A stretch of 61,987 nucleotides of DNA, filler included, from Sphacelaria rigidula (taxonomy: Eukaryota), in the NCBI GenBank assembly GCA_964200075.2. It is 5 parts of 5 records of this genome, joined end to end, with 100 filler letters (N's around TTAATTAATTAA, not from the genome) between each part and the next. Parts side by side here need not be neighbours in the genome. Positions count along the whole stretch, not along the records: positions 24,839 to 37,155 come from CAXNAA020003892.1; positions 37,256 to 49,571 come from CAXNAA020003893.1; 3 more parts are not named here. One strand, written 5' to 3'. The notes below the pieces were generated by a model. It was not told the origin of the DNA. It was given only the letters and a program-made list of their open reading frames with translations, and did not search any database. The position numbers and the translations under genes are program-made. Below are positions 26,397-39,700 of the stretch, piece after piece (position 1 is the stretch's first letter; each line of letters opens with the position of its first letter).

Positions 26397-29300
26397 CGCT
26401 AGCGATTTTGAAACAGGTTGATTGCAGCCGAGAAAAGCAGGGAAGTAAGAAGCGAGGTTGAGCAATATACAGTAGCATTCACAGCGCTTGAGCCAGCTCG
26501 AGGCAAAATACAGCAGCTTTTCCCCTGTCCAGAGCGCGTCCACTACGGAACAGTCCCTTTATCTATGACGCTAGCGATTTTGAAACAGGTTGATTGCAGC
26601 CGGGAAAAGCAGGGAAGTAAGAAGCGACTTTGAGCAATATACAGCAGCATTCACAGCGCTTGAGCCAGCTCGAGGCAAAATACAGCAGCATTTGATAGCA
26701 CTTGAGCCGACGGGAGAGTCACGTAGTTAGCGTTTGTTACAGTCTGAGCAAAATATAGCAGCATTAGATAGTGCTTGAGCCGACGGAAGAGTCGTGGAGT
26801 TGGCATTTGGTACAGTTTGAGCATAATACAGCAGCATTTGATGGCGCTTGAGTCAACACGAAGGAAAATAGTACGGAAGAATTGACGGAAAAGCTTCGGC
26901 TTACGGAGGTACAGCAGACCGAAATACTGCTAATCATGGAAGAAAGACAAGCAGAGATGGAAGGAAAACAGGCAGAGCTTATTGAGGCCGCAAAACGCGA
27001 TACTGCTGTAGATTACGAATGAGATAGGAGTATGAACTTGGGTGCAGGCGCGGAAGGTAATCTCACGACGAGTACAGCAAACCGCGACCAGCAAAACAAC
27101 CCACGTCTTCTCCAGGAGTTCCGAAACGATAACTACACGGGAGGACAACGTGCCCAACCGTGTTCCTTGACACATGATCCATAAACAGGGACAGCTGGAC
27201 ACGACTGATGAAGTCGATCAAAGGACACGGCTGAGCCGATCATGTTGATGTAGAAGAGTAGTATTACATAGCTTGACTAAGCAAGTCAAGAAAGGAAAGA
27301 GAAGGAAGAGAAGGAAGAGGAGGAAGTGACTGGGTGAGGCTACCCCAACACCATGACAGGTAGAACTTCCCAACCAGACATTGCGTACGTAAGTACAAGA
27401 TATACGCCTACTATGGTAACAAATCCCACCGCATGTAACTAACACTGGCGAGCAAAGACAGATACCTTTGTACCGTGGTTTGTCAGTACTGCAGACTACA
27501 CTAGAAGGCTGTTCACAGCAATAAACCGAACTTTGTCAGAGTACCTAACAATACGAATATTCACCCATGGGACGGTTCTGTAAAAGCAGGGGAAAGTTTG
27601 GAGTCGAAGTTTCGTGTGTTTCAAGTGCAGATGATCGGATATTTTCGTGCCGAGAAATGTTACGATGTTCTGTTTGTTCAGGACCCCATTCGCCTTTTTC
27701 ATGGGTCAGAGGAGGAATTGATAGCGCAGCACGAGTACAGGGCAGTAGAGGAAGCTCAGAGAGCCCACGAAATATTTCTCGAAAAAATCATAGCCCCCGG
27801 AATGGTCGAGAATTTTGTGATGCCTGGTTCACCTAGTGAGTCTTGGGATTACTTCGTCCAGCACTACACCGTTTCCCCCACTACAGAGAAGGCTCGTCTG
27901 GAACAACAGTGCGCATGCCTGCAGATGTCCCCGGGCGAGAGCCCTCTCGTGTTTCTGAACAGGGCGAATTTAGTTCGCCGCAAAAGGGATCATTTCGGTC
28001 ACGTAATTTCGGAGTTTGATTCCAACAGGCACTATGCACGTAGGCTGTCTTCAGAGTACGAGATCCAGCGAGGAATTCTCCTCGCCATGTCAGAAGTTGA
28101 TACAGAGACCCTACACCGAACGGTGAAAACTGCTCATGCTAAATTGGAACTGTGAAGGAGTAGGGTAGACTCTCCGAATAACCATGCTTCATCTGTCGTA
28201 GTCAAGATGCCTTTCACAGTGACGTATCAGGAAGGCGACGCGAAGGCAGGGGGGGCAGGTGAAACTACCACTGCTGGGAATGTGTCTCTGACCGCAGTGG
28301 GAGTTTTACCTCACACCAGCACCCTGACCATGAACCGTCGCCAAGGCTTGATCCCGATCACATTTCTCATCTCCACATGAGACCCACAGCAACCACCCCA
28401 ATTCAACCCCCCAACCCTCATCATGCGAGGTCAATGATCTTATGACTATGGCATGCATGATCATGAGTACACCAACCCTCATCATGCAATGTCGCAATTG
28501 CAATATATGTCATGATCGAGGTGTTGATTACCGTTCACGAGGCGCCGGGTGGAGTCATGTTGATCGCCGACAAGGCAATCGATATCCTAACCCGGAGCAG
28601 CGTGCCCCACATGACGGGGGAAACCACCCCCACGTAACCACTACTCCAACATCTATACTGAGGCCAACAACTCCCATCACACAAACAACTCCCATCACAC
28701 CAACAACCCTCATCACTTCAACGACTCCCGACATTCGAGGGAGTCTCACTCGCGTGCAAATCTTGTACAGTGGAGGAAGCCCCCGACTACTCACGAAGAC
28801 TTCACCCCACCGGGCAGGGACAGTTTCAAGGGTGCTGAATATGCCCATCACGTGCAGAGTCATGAGCCATCGTCACATCAAACATTGCCCCAATATCAGC
28901 AGCACCACCAGCCTACTGCATACCCCGCACCACAGGACACCTATCAACCTTCCCCAACAACAGACGACTACCCACAGCCCACTACCCAACAACAACAACA
29001 TCTCCCACGAACAGCCCACTACCCACAGCAACATTCCCAACAGTATCGCCCGCCGGGACAGCAGAATCACTTTTACTACTATCCTAACCCGGAAAACAGC
29101 CCTCATCAACAACAATACCAAACCGCTGCTCCACCTCACGACCAACAGCAGCAGCATCAGCAGCCGGCAGCCCCCCCAGCTACATCTGCTCCGCCTCCCG
29201 ATACGTACACCTCGGAGCATCCACCACTATATATGGCATTTTCCATATCCAAAGGCGAGTCTCGGTTTCGGCTTGGTACTGTTGATCTGCAGGAATATGC

Positions 29301-30215
29301 TATGATGCATCGTGGGGAGGTGTCGGGTAGAGGTGATGATTTGGAAGAGTGAATACCGGACACCGGGGCATCGCACTATACTACTGGAAATATGCAGGGG
29401 CTGTTTGATGTGCGAGTTCCCCCTCATGGTAACGAGAATATGGTTCTAAGAGATGGTACTGTACTCCCAGTAAGAGCGGTCGGTAGCCTCAACCTCAGAT
29501 TTTACATGGGGCGCACTGACGGGGCTGAGCGCACTAGTGTTTGTGTCAAGCTTACTAGCGTGTATGTGCTTGATGGTACTAAGTTCAACCTCTTCTCTTT
29601 ACATCAGGCACAGTACAAACAGGACATTACTTTGACCAGAGCAGGCATATCGGTGTTTAACGGGCAACTACGATTCGACTGGATTCGCGTTCATCTTCTC
29701 AATTCGCGAAACGTTTGCCGCCCACATCGGATGATGCTTCGATTGCAGTCCCCGCCATGGGGAAAATTCTACAGATGCTGTGCCTTCGCGTGCTACTGTC
29801 AGTGCCCCTCCGACTATGGTGTCCTCGCGTGCTACTGCCAGTGCCCCCCCCGACTACTGTGTCTTCGTGTGTTTCTGTCGGTGGAACCCCGACTACTGTA
29901 GTGCAATCTACTGCGACGGTGTCTTCGCGTGCTATTGTCAGTGCTCCCCCGACTACAGTGTCTTCGCGTGCTACTGTCAGAACCCGCCCGAATGCTGTGT
30001 CTTCGTGTACTACTATCGGTGGAACCCCGACTACTGTAGCGCAATCTACTGCGACGGCGTCTTTACGCGGTACGGTCGACTCATCCAACAGGTTTCTCAC
30101 AGGATTGACTGCTGTTCCAGGTTAGCACTTACCGGACCTACTGCTGTCCGAGGAGGATGAGGTTGATACATGTAGTCCCCTAGCGTTTTCCCCCCGAGTT
30201 CTAAGCCTTCAGGAA

Positions 30216-31259
30216 TTGAGTGAGGAGGAGATTTCGGATGTGGCGCTTGCAGTTATAGCCCCCGGCCGTCGACCATCCACTGTCGGTAAACCCCGACAAA
30301 CTTTGGACATCAACTACTTTCACGTTTCCCTCTACCATGCTCATGAGACCATTCTCCGAGCGACCGCCGCCCAATGGGGCATTACTCTCACAGGGCAGCT
30401 GGCGCCATGCGCAGGATGTGTGGAGTCAAAAGGGCGACGCGCCGCGACCCCACATTTAAGTACTCGGTCACCCACGGTCCTCGGCCTCGTCCACCTCGAT
30501 CTCACAGGACCGCATGTGCGGACACTAGACGGGTCACTATACATGCTCGCCTTTGTGGATATCAAGTCTCGTTGCGTCATGCTTTGCGACTTGGCGAGGA
30601 AGGCACACGCTTTGGCAAAGGTGAAGGGATACATGGCCGCCGTCAACCAGTTCGGCGTTCCTCGGTGCTTCCGCATCGACAACGGGGGTGAATGTCGTTC
30701 GCAAGACTTCATCGGTTTCTGTGATGAGGTACGGATTCGCCACGAGTACACAGCGCCCGACACCCCGAAGCACACCGCTGTGGCCGAGAGCGCAATCTGG
30801 CGCATGATGAAGGCTGGTCACACTGCGCGATGTGAAGCTTCGCGCCTCTTCCCCGCTGAGGCCTTCACGGACATCCCCGGACTCGGCACCTTGGATAGAC
30901 TCTGGTTGAAGTCCGCGGTCTGGGCCGCGAATGGCTTCAACCGCTCCGCCACGATGGCTAACCCTGGGAAGGTCCCGCCGCACCAGGTTTTGACCGGCCG
31001 TGCCCCTCCTCTTCATATCGTTCCCTTCCTTCAACCTGGGATGGTGAGGGTCACCCGACGCTCCAAGATGGATCCGCAAGCTGTCAAGTGCTACTATCTC
31101 AACAACGATTGCAACCACTCATCGTTGACCGTCAAGGTCATCAAAGCCTCAACCAGCTCCGTCTGTTATACCAACAACGTGGTCTGGACAGTGCCCCGTC
31201 TACCACTCCAACCATCAGCGCCGCTCGACGGAAGGGGGGGGGGAACACGACAACACTGA
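30216..31259 (+). pseudogene. Copia integrase (pre-integrase Zn motif plus rve core)
   Basis: FHVSLYHAH..CAGC, VHLDLTGP, FRIDNGGE, PDTPKHTAVAESAI. Confidence 0.9.
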
Positions 31260-32499
31260 GACTTCAGCTTCCGTCGCCGCCGCCAACTTACCGCCGCATC
31301 ACCATGCCGCTCCACCATCACATCATCACGCACCCGGCGCCGCCGTCTACAACCTGCCGCCGCCACGAAACCATGCTTCCTCACAACCGCAACCACATGC
31401 CACCGGCGCCACCAACTTGCCTCCGCACCACCATGCTGCTCCACCATCACATCATCCCGCACCCGACGCCGCTGTCTACAACCCGCCGCCACGAAATCAT
31501 GCTCCTCGCACAAGCGCAACCACATGCCGCCGCTGCGGCCGCCAACTTGCAGCCGCGCCGCCATGCTGCTCCACCATCACATCATCCCGCATCCGCCGCC
31601 GCCGTCTACAACCCGCCGCCGCCGCGAAACCACACTATCTCACTACTGCAATCACATGCCGCCGCCGCCAATTTGCCGCCGCCACCACACCGTACTGGTC
31701 CACGACCTTACTATCCCATCTCACCACGACCATATATACTGCTCCGCTGGGACGACACCATAAACCTTCCAATCCCGTCTCGCCGCGACCTTTCAATTCT
31801 TTTCCGCCGCGACATCGACCTTATTATCCTATTTCCCCGCAACCGCAACATACTTTGCCACCGCCACTATATCGCACAACCGTGCCACCACCGACATTTA
31901 CACCGACTCGTGCGGTACATCATTCACATCCACTCTTCACCACATCGTCGGCACCACCACCATCCGTCGCCACGCGACACAAAGAAAACCAGCGCGACAT
32001 ACGACCGACTTCACCACCCCAGCAACCTCATTCGCTGCACCGTCAACCAACTTCACCACCGATTTTCAATGGCTCTTCGGCACCATCATCCATTTCAGAG
32101 GCGTCATCAGCAACTCACCATCTACAAGACCGCTCTCTATCACCGTTGTCCGACAGGGTGGCGGAGGAAGTTGACCTGAGTAGTGCGACCCTCGGCAACC
32201 GGGGGGGACCCGATCGGAGACGGCCCAGCATACAGCCGAGAGGACGGGGGACGAGACATTGTACTTATTGATCATGAGAGGAATCTTTTTGCGCAGCTCG
32301 ACAAACCACCCCGTTTATCCGCCCACCTGACGCGCTCCGCAATAGAGGCCGGAAGGAAGCGGCAGGACGATGGGGCAGGGGGGCGCAAGGATTTGCAATA
32401 TCGGACTGCGATGGCAACGCGCGAGGACATCAACATAGCAATGAAGGAGGAGCGTCCGCCGCATGAAGCACCTAGACTTCCCCATCGCCCAGTGAGAGA

Positions 32500-34048
32500 G
32501 TTGACCAAACCACATACTTACGCCGAAGCAACACGTCCGGAACAGGGAGGAGTATGGGAGGACTCCATGGCGCGAGAGTTTCAAGGCCTGAGGGAAGCGG
32601 AAACCATGGATGCGGTAGTATAGCAATCAGGAGATGATATTATTCCCACGAAGTGGGTTTGCAACTGAGAGGCTGATGAGTGTGGGTGGCCAACAGAAGC
32701 AAAATCAAGACTGGTCGCAAGGGGAGATCGACAACGGACAGACGTTGACTTTGGTGAATTATATGCGCCTACAGTAGCGGTTTCGAGTGTATGATTGCTG
32801 ACAGCACTACTTGCTTGTGAGCAAAATCTTTCGTTGCGCCACTTTGATATCGAGAAGGCTTTTGTGCAGTCCATACTGAACGAAGATATTTTTATGCGTT
32901 TGTCTCATGGCTGTGGTAATTTATCTGGTAAGGTAGTGAGACTCAACAAATCGCTCTATGGACTCAGATAGGCTTCGAGACAGTGGCATCTTCATTTAGC
33001 AGGATGCCTTGAGAACCTAGGTTTTGATCAGTGCTTGGCGGATTCGTGTGTGTTTCGACTGATGGAGGACAACCAAGTAGTGATGACCTTGGTGGTATAT
33101 GTAGATGGTATCTTTGCCGTAGAGGATGAGGAAAGATGTGATGGATTTGGTGAAGAGCTGAACACGACGATTCCAGTCAAGAATCTAGGAGAACTGCGAT
33201 GGTATTCGGGTCTATATTACGAGAGTGACTTGAAAAAGGGGACCCTAACTGTATCGCGACATACTTTTGCAGAAGAGTTGGCGGAGGAGTACAATATATC
33301 ATGGGGGGAAAAGACGTCTACGTGGACAGGTGTAAAACTCGAGGATTTCAATGAGGATGAGCAGGTCACGACGTTCCCATTCAGATAATTGGTGGGGTCA
33401 CTCATGTGGCTAGCAAACCAGACTATACCGGATATTTGTAACTCAGTGAGAGCGGTAGCCAGATATTGCGCATCCCCAAGGGTGATTCACTGTCGTACGG
33501 CTCTTGGTATACCTGGGTATGTTAGGCGAACGAGTACATTGGGTATTACTTCTCGGAGAGGCAGTTTGTAAGGTCTCAGCTTTCAAGCATATGCTGATGC
33601 TGACTACGCGAGTAAGGCTGCCGATAGGCGATCAGTGTCGGGTGGACTAGTCATGTGCGGGGGTGGATGTGTGTCATGGTTCTCGAGGACGCAAAAGTGT
33701 ACGACGTTGTCGACTTCTGAACCAGAATACGTTGCAATGGCTGACTTAGTCGAGGAGGTGCTGTTTTTGAAACAGGTGTGGAAATTCATGCTGCCTGAAG
33801 TTGGAGAGACATGTATCCCGATGTTCGAGGATAATCAGGGTGCTATTCAAATGGCACAGAATCCCACATCAAACTCCACCTCTAAGCACATTGAAGTAAG
33901 ATACCATTTTATCAGGGAATACGTGGGAAGAGCGGACATTTCAATTATCCATGTCAGGTCTGAGTACCAGCATGCCGACTTTTTGACGAATTTTTCACCG
34001 GCAGAGTGCTTTTCATTCCACCGTGACTACGTCATGAGCATGTTTTGA
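32500..34048 (+). pseudogene. Copia reverse transcriptase / RNase H
   Basis: RVT_2 and RNase HI motifs interrupted by in-frame stops; YVDD degraded to YVDG. Confidence 0.92.
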
Positions 34049-34212
34049 TTTCCGTGATGAGAAGAGAATGGTTTTCTTGATGATTTTGTTTTTTCCTTGC
34101 TGAGCCTTTCATGGATCCCGGCGTCTGTGTTTTTGAGTTTGTCCGATATCATGGGATGGAACTAAGATTGTTTCGTATTATACGAGTAAGGTTGAGCCTC
34201 GACGAGGGGGAC

Positions 34213-34537
34213 CAATTGAATATCGCCGAGCTGAACACTAGTACGTGTGTACGTGGATTGATTCGGATGGGTACCGGATTTCGTCTACGGCAACGAATTG
34301 TGTTATGACTAGATGTATGACATATGAGGGAACCCAGCATGCGGCCCTACCGTCCATGCTCAGTTCTGTTTTTGGTGCATTTTGGTCTTTGCGTTTGGGT
34401 AAAGAAGAGCAGCTCGGTTGGAGCGTGCACGGTTAATGTTTGGTGAGTGAAGGTTACAAGAGATTAATACAAGAAGAAGGTATACACATTCCCCTGTCCA
34501 GAGTGCGTCCTCTACGGGACAGTCCCTTTATCAATGA
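34213..34537 (+). repeat. Copia 3' LTR
   Basis: Follows the PPT and matches the 5' LTR with many substitutions; flank tcctg vs 5' flank ttctg. Confidence 0.88.
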
Positions 34538-35829
34538 TCCTGCTGCGGGTAAAAATTCGACAGACTGGCTTTTTGCGACTCCGTTTTTGCGTGAGGATTC
34601 CTGCGACCTGATTCTTGCGATCGGATTCTTGCGATAGCCTTTTTGCGTCAGGATTCTCGCGATCGGTTTCTTGCGATCGTTTTTCTGCTAGATTTTCCCA
34701 CTCTAAAACCCCTATCGATTTCGTTTTGGGGGGATCACTTCGTCAAACGGATACCAAACGCATCCTGCTGCAAGGGGGACCTGGACAAACAGCAGTTGCT
34801 GCTGCCCACCTAGTATCATCCTCCAAATCGAAGTCTTGAGTAAAAAACCCTAGGGTTTGGTGCCCATGTACAAGGATGATCTACATCGAGTATCATGCTC
34901 CAAAACGTACCTGACAACGGGGCAACACACCCGTACAGACAGGAGCAATGCTAGCGGATCCTACGTCCTGACAGTCTGTGGCAGTCTGGCAGTTGGCAAG
35001 GTGGTTATGATAGTGTCCTTCTAGCGATATCAACTTACAGTGCACTAGAGCAGAGCTTGTAGGTGAATATTTCGGCGATTGTCTCACCTGCAATTCGTCC
35101 AGATGTGGCCCCTGCATAATATGTGGAAATGTACCCAACCGAGGACAAAAAACATCTACAGACAGTACGAACACGATGTGGAAAGTGTACTGCGCAACGT
35201 GGAGGGTGCTGTGTGTGTTGTCGTCCCATCTATTCTGGACGCCGGTCTCCACCTTTCGGTATATGTGGGCGCACCAACCGCGGCTGTGTTACCATACAGC
35301 TTCGCCCAAGATACAGGCAGTCACTACAGCGGCGGGACGACCTTTTACTCCTGCGTGCGCCTCCTGGGGCAAACGCATGCTGTAGTTGCAACACGGACAG
35401 CTCTACAAAATGTGACGTGGCAATTTAGCAATATAGCGCGTGGCGAGGAGGTTTACATCCTGCGTACACCTTGGCTGCGATACAACGGCTGCACTCATGA
35501 TGTGGCGAACTGCATAGAGGACAACGCGAAGTCAATGCAGGACGAGGATAGGCTAAGGATGCGACGTTCTGCAGTGTGCTTTGTCACCCCGCACCCTGCT
35601 GCTGTGCACAGTATCGGCTCCACACCCAAAGGGTAAGGCGGTGTTTTAACGAAACAAGGAAAATTATGAATCATGCAGTGATTGTGATAGTGAAGTGACG
35701 GTTCACAACTTCATTATCACGGAAAACCACGCGCTATTCTAATCGAGCATGCTAGGGTGGGGAACAAGTGATACAGAGACGGTAAAACAGCACGCGAACA
35801 GACCAGCGACTTCAAGAAGGGCGGCAGTC

Positions 35830-35981
35830 ACGCGCAAGGGGGTATGGTTACTGTCGCAGATCAAAACTCGGACCGCCTTCCGCACGAGAATAGGCAAACC
35901 GCAGCAGTTTCAGCAGCGTTATTTCTTTTGCCAGTAGATGTACGCGGCTGGGGGTGGGTCTAAATCAGCCGGTGCCGATAC

Positions 35982-36018
<37 letters not shown>

Positions 36019-36730
36019 GTTCTTACTCATGGGAGAGACGGTCGGCGTTCCGATCGTGCTACAACTACAAGGCCCACGCACCTTGCACGTGATAACCACC
36101 AAGCTGGAAAGCGCTGGTCCGTACTACCCGCCGATGGGTTCATGCTTCCTCACTAGGCTAAGTGCTGGGAGATATAGTTGCGCGCATCTCTCTGTGCGAG
36201 CTGTGCACGTCGGGTGGGTCTCGCACGCGTGGCTGCCGCCGGTGATGGGAATGAAGCCAGCGTCCAATACAGGGGAAGACAAGTGATATGTACTCGTACT
36301 GACAATTCTATGTGAGTCACGCAAACATATCATCGTCGATTTTAAATAGGAGGGGGCAATAACGCGACAGGTGCATGGATACTGTCGCACATCGAGACGC
36401 GGACCGCCTCCCGCACGAGAAGCAGCAGCAGCAGCAACAACAGCAGCATCTTTATTGCCAGAAAATCTGTACGGCCGGGGGTGGGTCTGAATCAGCCGCT
36501 GCTGCTGCTGCTCTTGATTGTGGACGGTCCGTGTTTCGACCGTGCGACAACACCCACACGCACCTTGCGAGTGATCGCCACCGTGTTGGACAGCGCTAGT
36601 ACGTTTTACGCGCCGATGGGTATATGCTTGCGAAGTTCTGGGAGGTATTGCTGTGCGCATCTCTCTGTGGGAGCTGTGCACGCGGAGTGTGTCCCCCACG
36701 CCTGGCCACTGCTGGTGATGGGATTGAAGC
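35830..36730 (+). repeat. Diverged direct duplication (about 35830-36250 and 36362-36730) containing CAG/CTG tracts
   Basis: Shared blocks ggaccgcct.ccgcacgagaa, gggggtgggtct.aatcagccg, cgccgatggg, gcgcatctctctgtg.gagctgtgcacg. Confidence 0.8.
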
Positions 36731-37155
36731 TAGCGTGGCTGATGCTAGTGACGGGAAGCCAACCGTCTGTCCCATGAAGCGCCCAACAGCCCACGCGTTG
36801 CAGCCATATGACGCTACTCTTCGCATTCTGACGCAAAGGTCCATCCGCTCTCACGAAAACTAATTCCCAAATGATTAACTTTCGTGAGAGTGATTATGGG
36901 GGAGGTGATAATGTGGCATCAAATCACGACCAATCGGAATCATGAAAATAAAAACAAAACCCCCAGCCGCCACAATCATTATCACGTTGCGCTCCCGAGG
37001 GGCCCCATATCGGGACATCCATGCACCCCCCTCGCCGCACAAACCTCATTCTGGGGTTGGAGGAGGGGCGGGGGGGGGGGGGGGGGGGGGGGGTCCCGTT
37101 TTCGGGGGGGGGGGGTTGTGTGGAAACGACTTTTTGGGGGGGGGGGGGGAAAAAA

Positions 37156-37255
37156 NNNNNNNNNNNNNNNNNNNNNNNNNNNNNNNNNNNNNNNNNNNNT
37201 TAATTAATTAANNNNNNNNNNNNNNNNNNNNNNNNNNNNNNNNNNNNNNNNNNNN
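37156..37255. other. Artificial contig linker
   Basis: 44 N + TTAATTAATTAA + 44 N. Confidence 0.98.
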
Positions 37256-37765
37256 CTGTCGCCACGCTACGTCCCCGGTTCTCGGGGTCCGTGGCGATTT
37301 TAGCGGGAATTTTGGTGGTGGGGGGGGGGGGGGGGAGTGCGCGGGAGGGCAGCAAAGGTCTTTCATTATAACTCGGTCACACCGGTCGAACACCAAACTT
37401 TTGCGAGAATCATGTCGAAACTAATTCCACTTGCTGGGGTAGCTCTACAAAAACAGAGAGCATAGAGCTCTACGAACGTGTTCGTCGAGTTCGGCGTTGC
37501 CATACACGGAGAAGGATGCTCAAATTCGTTCCGAAAATCCGGGGACAGGCCAACTTTATCCCCGAATTGACTCTTTTCCCTCTTTGGTGCCGGAAAGTGA
37601 TGCGTTGTGAGGCATTGTGATGCATAGCGATGCATACAGGTTTGTGCCAGAGGAAAATACCTGGAACGTCCTTTATCTAGGTGATCCATTTTCCCAGTCG
37701 TTGTCGATTTCTGGTGAATAGGGGGCATCACTCAACGTGCGTCATGGTACCTTAATCGTATACCA

Positions 37766-39700
37766 TGAACACCAAATTTTGGGAGATTATCATCAAAACG
37801 TATTTCGATGGGTTAATAAAAGAGGAAAAGAAAAAAACGTTTTCGCCGGGTACGGCGTTGACAATCAAAGACTTGATGGTGAAATTTGTTCCGAAAACTA
37901 GGGGATGAGCCATTTCCATCCCCGCATTATTTTATTTTTCGACCGCACTAATGTCATACCACTCTGGGCGGGATTATAAGCCCCGTACGGGAAAACGGAA
38001 AACGGTAATAGAAGCCCCATATGCTCATAGCGGTGTCAGCGACGCTACAGCGGTACTAGAAGCGTCAAAATGCACGCCCATAGCGTTGAGGCAGGGGAAA
38101 ACAAATGTCGGGGGTGAGCAGGGTACACCAGGATACCATCTCCGGAGTCGAACATCTCCAAAACTCTGCTGAGACCACTCGGTATGGCAGTCGAAAAATC
38201 GGATCTGTACGCAGATCAGGGGACCTCAGATCCGGGAACGAATTGTATGGACCCCAATTCGGCCCAAATCGGGGAAGCTCAGATTCGTTTGTCACGATTT
38301 GAGAACGGTTTTTCACGAATCTGGGCACAGATCCGTGGAAAATCGAGGTCCCCCGAATCTGTAGAAACTGACGTACGTATGTCGACGTACAGTGACAGGG
38401 CAACAGGCGTTTGGTATTTATGAAACAACAGCAGCAGACAGTCTCGTGACCGCGCAGAGAGTGCCTGCGAGCGCCGGCTGCTGGAGCAGCTCCGCACGGG
38501 GATTGACAAGCGGAAAAGAAGTGTTGACGCTGTACCCGCGGTGATGGCAATTTTTTATGCTGCACTGTACTGCTGTATGTATCATCATGACGAACGGTAC
38601 TGCTGTACAATCCTACACTCTGCTGTCGCGGTACTTGCAGGGTGATGAATGACACTGCACTCGTCAACTTTCATGTCGCACACTGTGCACTGTTCTCGCA
38701 ATGCCGACTGCACCACAGGGCACTATCGTGTACTGTGATTGTGCAGTGTACTTCACAACATTATACCCCATAAGGTACCACGGTACGACGCTGCTCTTGA
38801 AGGATGATTCCCTGCCTCTCTGTTGTTTGACTTCACCGTGATACCACCCCCGCACAGGAAATGACTATTCGTGTACAGAACAATTACAAAATATCTGTGA
38901 AGCCATACAGGGGAACACACGAATCTGAGTTTCACGAATCTGGGTCTGCCCGACTTGACACAGATTCGAGTTCCGCCAGATTCGGGATTGCCTGCCATAC
39001 AAAGTGGTGTGAGGTCACCCTTTCGCAGAACCCCGTTGTTGCTGCCTTTGAGAAGCTCGGCAATCACAGCCCTTCGCTCATCGCTGTCCGGATTCTTTCT
39101 CTTTGGTGTCTCGGCGACGTTTTGAGCGCTAGACATCCCTCCTCCTTCACCCGATGGTCAGGCCTCGATGGGGCACTTTGAAAGCGGCGAGGCGTGAGTG
39201 CTGCTGCTTCGAGGCAGCCGTTAGAAATGAGACTGTCAAGAAAATATTTGTATATTTTTTGCGGTGCATACGCGCGCGCGCGATTGCGGCGAAATCGATG
39301 GAAAAAAGCGTTTCAAAAATTTCTTCGTACAGCAGAAGTTATGCCGCGATATGTCCAAACGGGGCTATTTTCCGCGCCCAAAGTGATACATATTGGTACT
39401 GAAGGAGGAGGCCTGAAAAGTCCCAGGTGTTCCATTTTCGTAGCCATCATCGATTTCTGATGAAAAATGAATGATTAGGGGGCACCACTTGACGTGCGTG
39501 ATTGAGTACCTGAATCAAAACCGATGAGCACCAAACTTTGGGAGATAACTATCAAAACGCATCTAAATGGGTTGAATATCAAAAAAATAAAACAAAAGCT
39601 TTTCGTCTAGTACGGTGTTGCCAAACATCGACTTGATGGCGAAATTCGTTAAAAAAAGCAGGGGCATGAGCGATTTTCATTCCCGGATTTTCATTTTTCT
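37766..39700 (+). repeat. Dispersed about 170-bp repeat, copies at about 37766-37925 and 39525-39685 (more diverged copy near 37388)
   Basis: caccaaa.tttgggagat...atcaaaacg...tacgg.gttg...gacttgatgg.gaaatt.gtt...gggg.atgagc in both copies. Confidence 0.7.
39010..39407 (-). mobile_element. 5' end of a plant/oomycete-type mariner (Stowaway-related) transposon: TIR-like end plus transposase N-terminus
   Basis: MSSAQNVAETPKRKNPDSDERRAVIAELLKGSNNGVLRKGDL resembles the N-terminus of DD39D mariner transposases. Upstream CTCCTTCAGTACCAATATATG resembles the Stowaway TIR CTCCCTCCGT. Truncated by another insertion. Confidence 0.55.

Larger units (their letters stand above)
26046..34537 (+). mobile_element. 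Full-length, inactivated Ty1/Copia LTR retrotransposon
   Basis: Paired LTRs; gag about 26936-29340; protease IPDTGASH (about 29353); pre-integrase H..H..C..C; rve VHLDLTGP/RIDNGGE/AVAE; RT KSRLVARG, FDIEKAF, KSLYGL, VYVDG; RNase H ADADYA, EDNQGAI, KHIEVRYHF. Order is IN-RT-RH; PPT gacgaggggga; many stops. Confidence 0.95.

Noticed and set aside
26440-26860. CRISPR-like repeat/spacer pattern
   Set aside because: The repeats are degenerate, the spacers resemble each other, there are no cas genes, and the region is a Copia leader.
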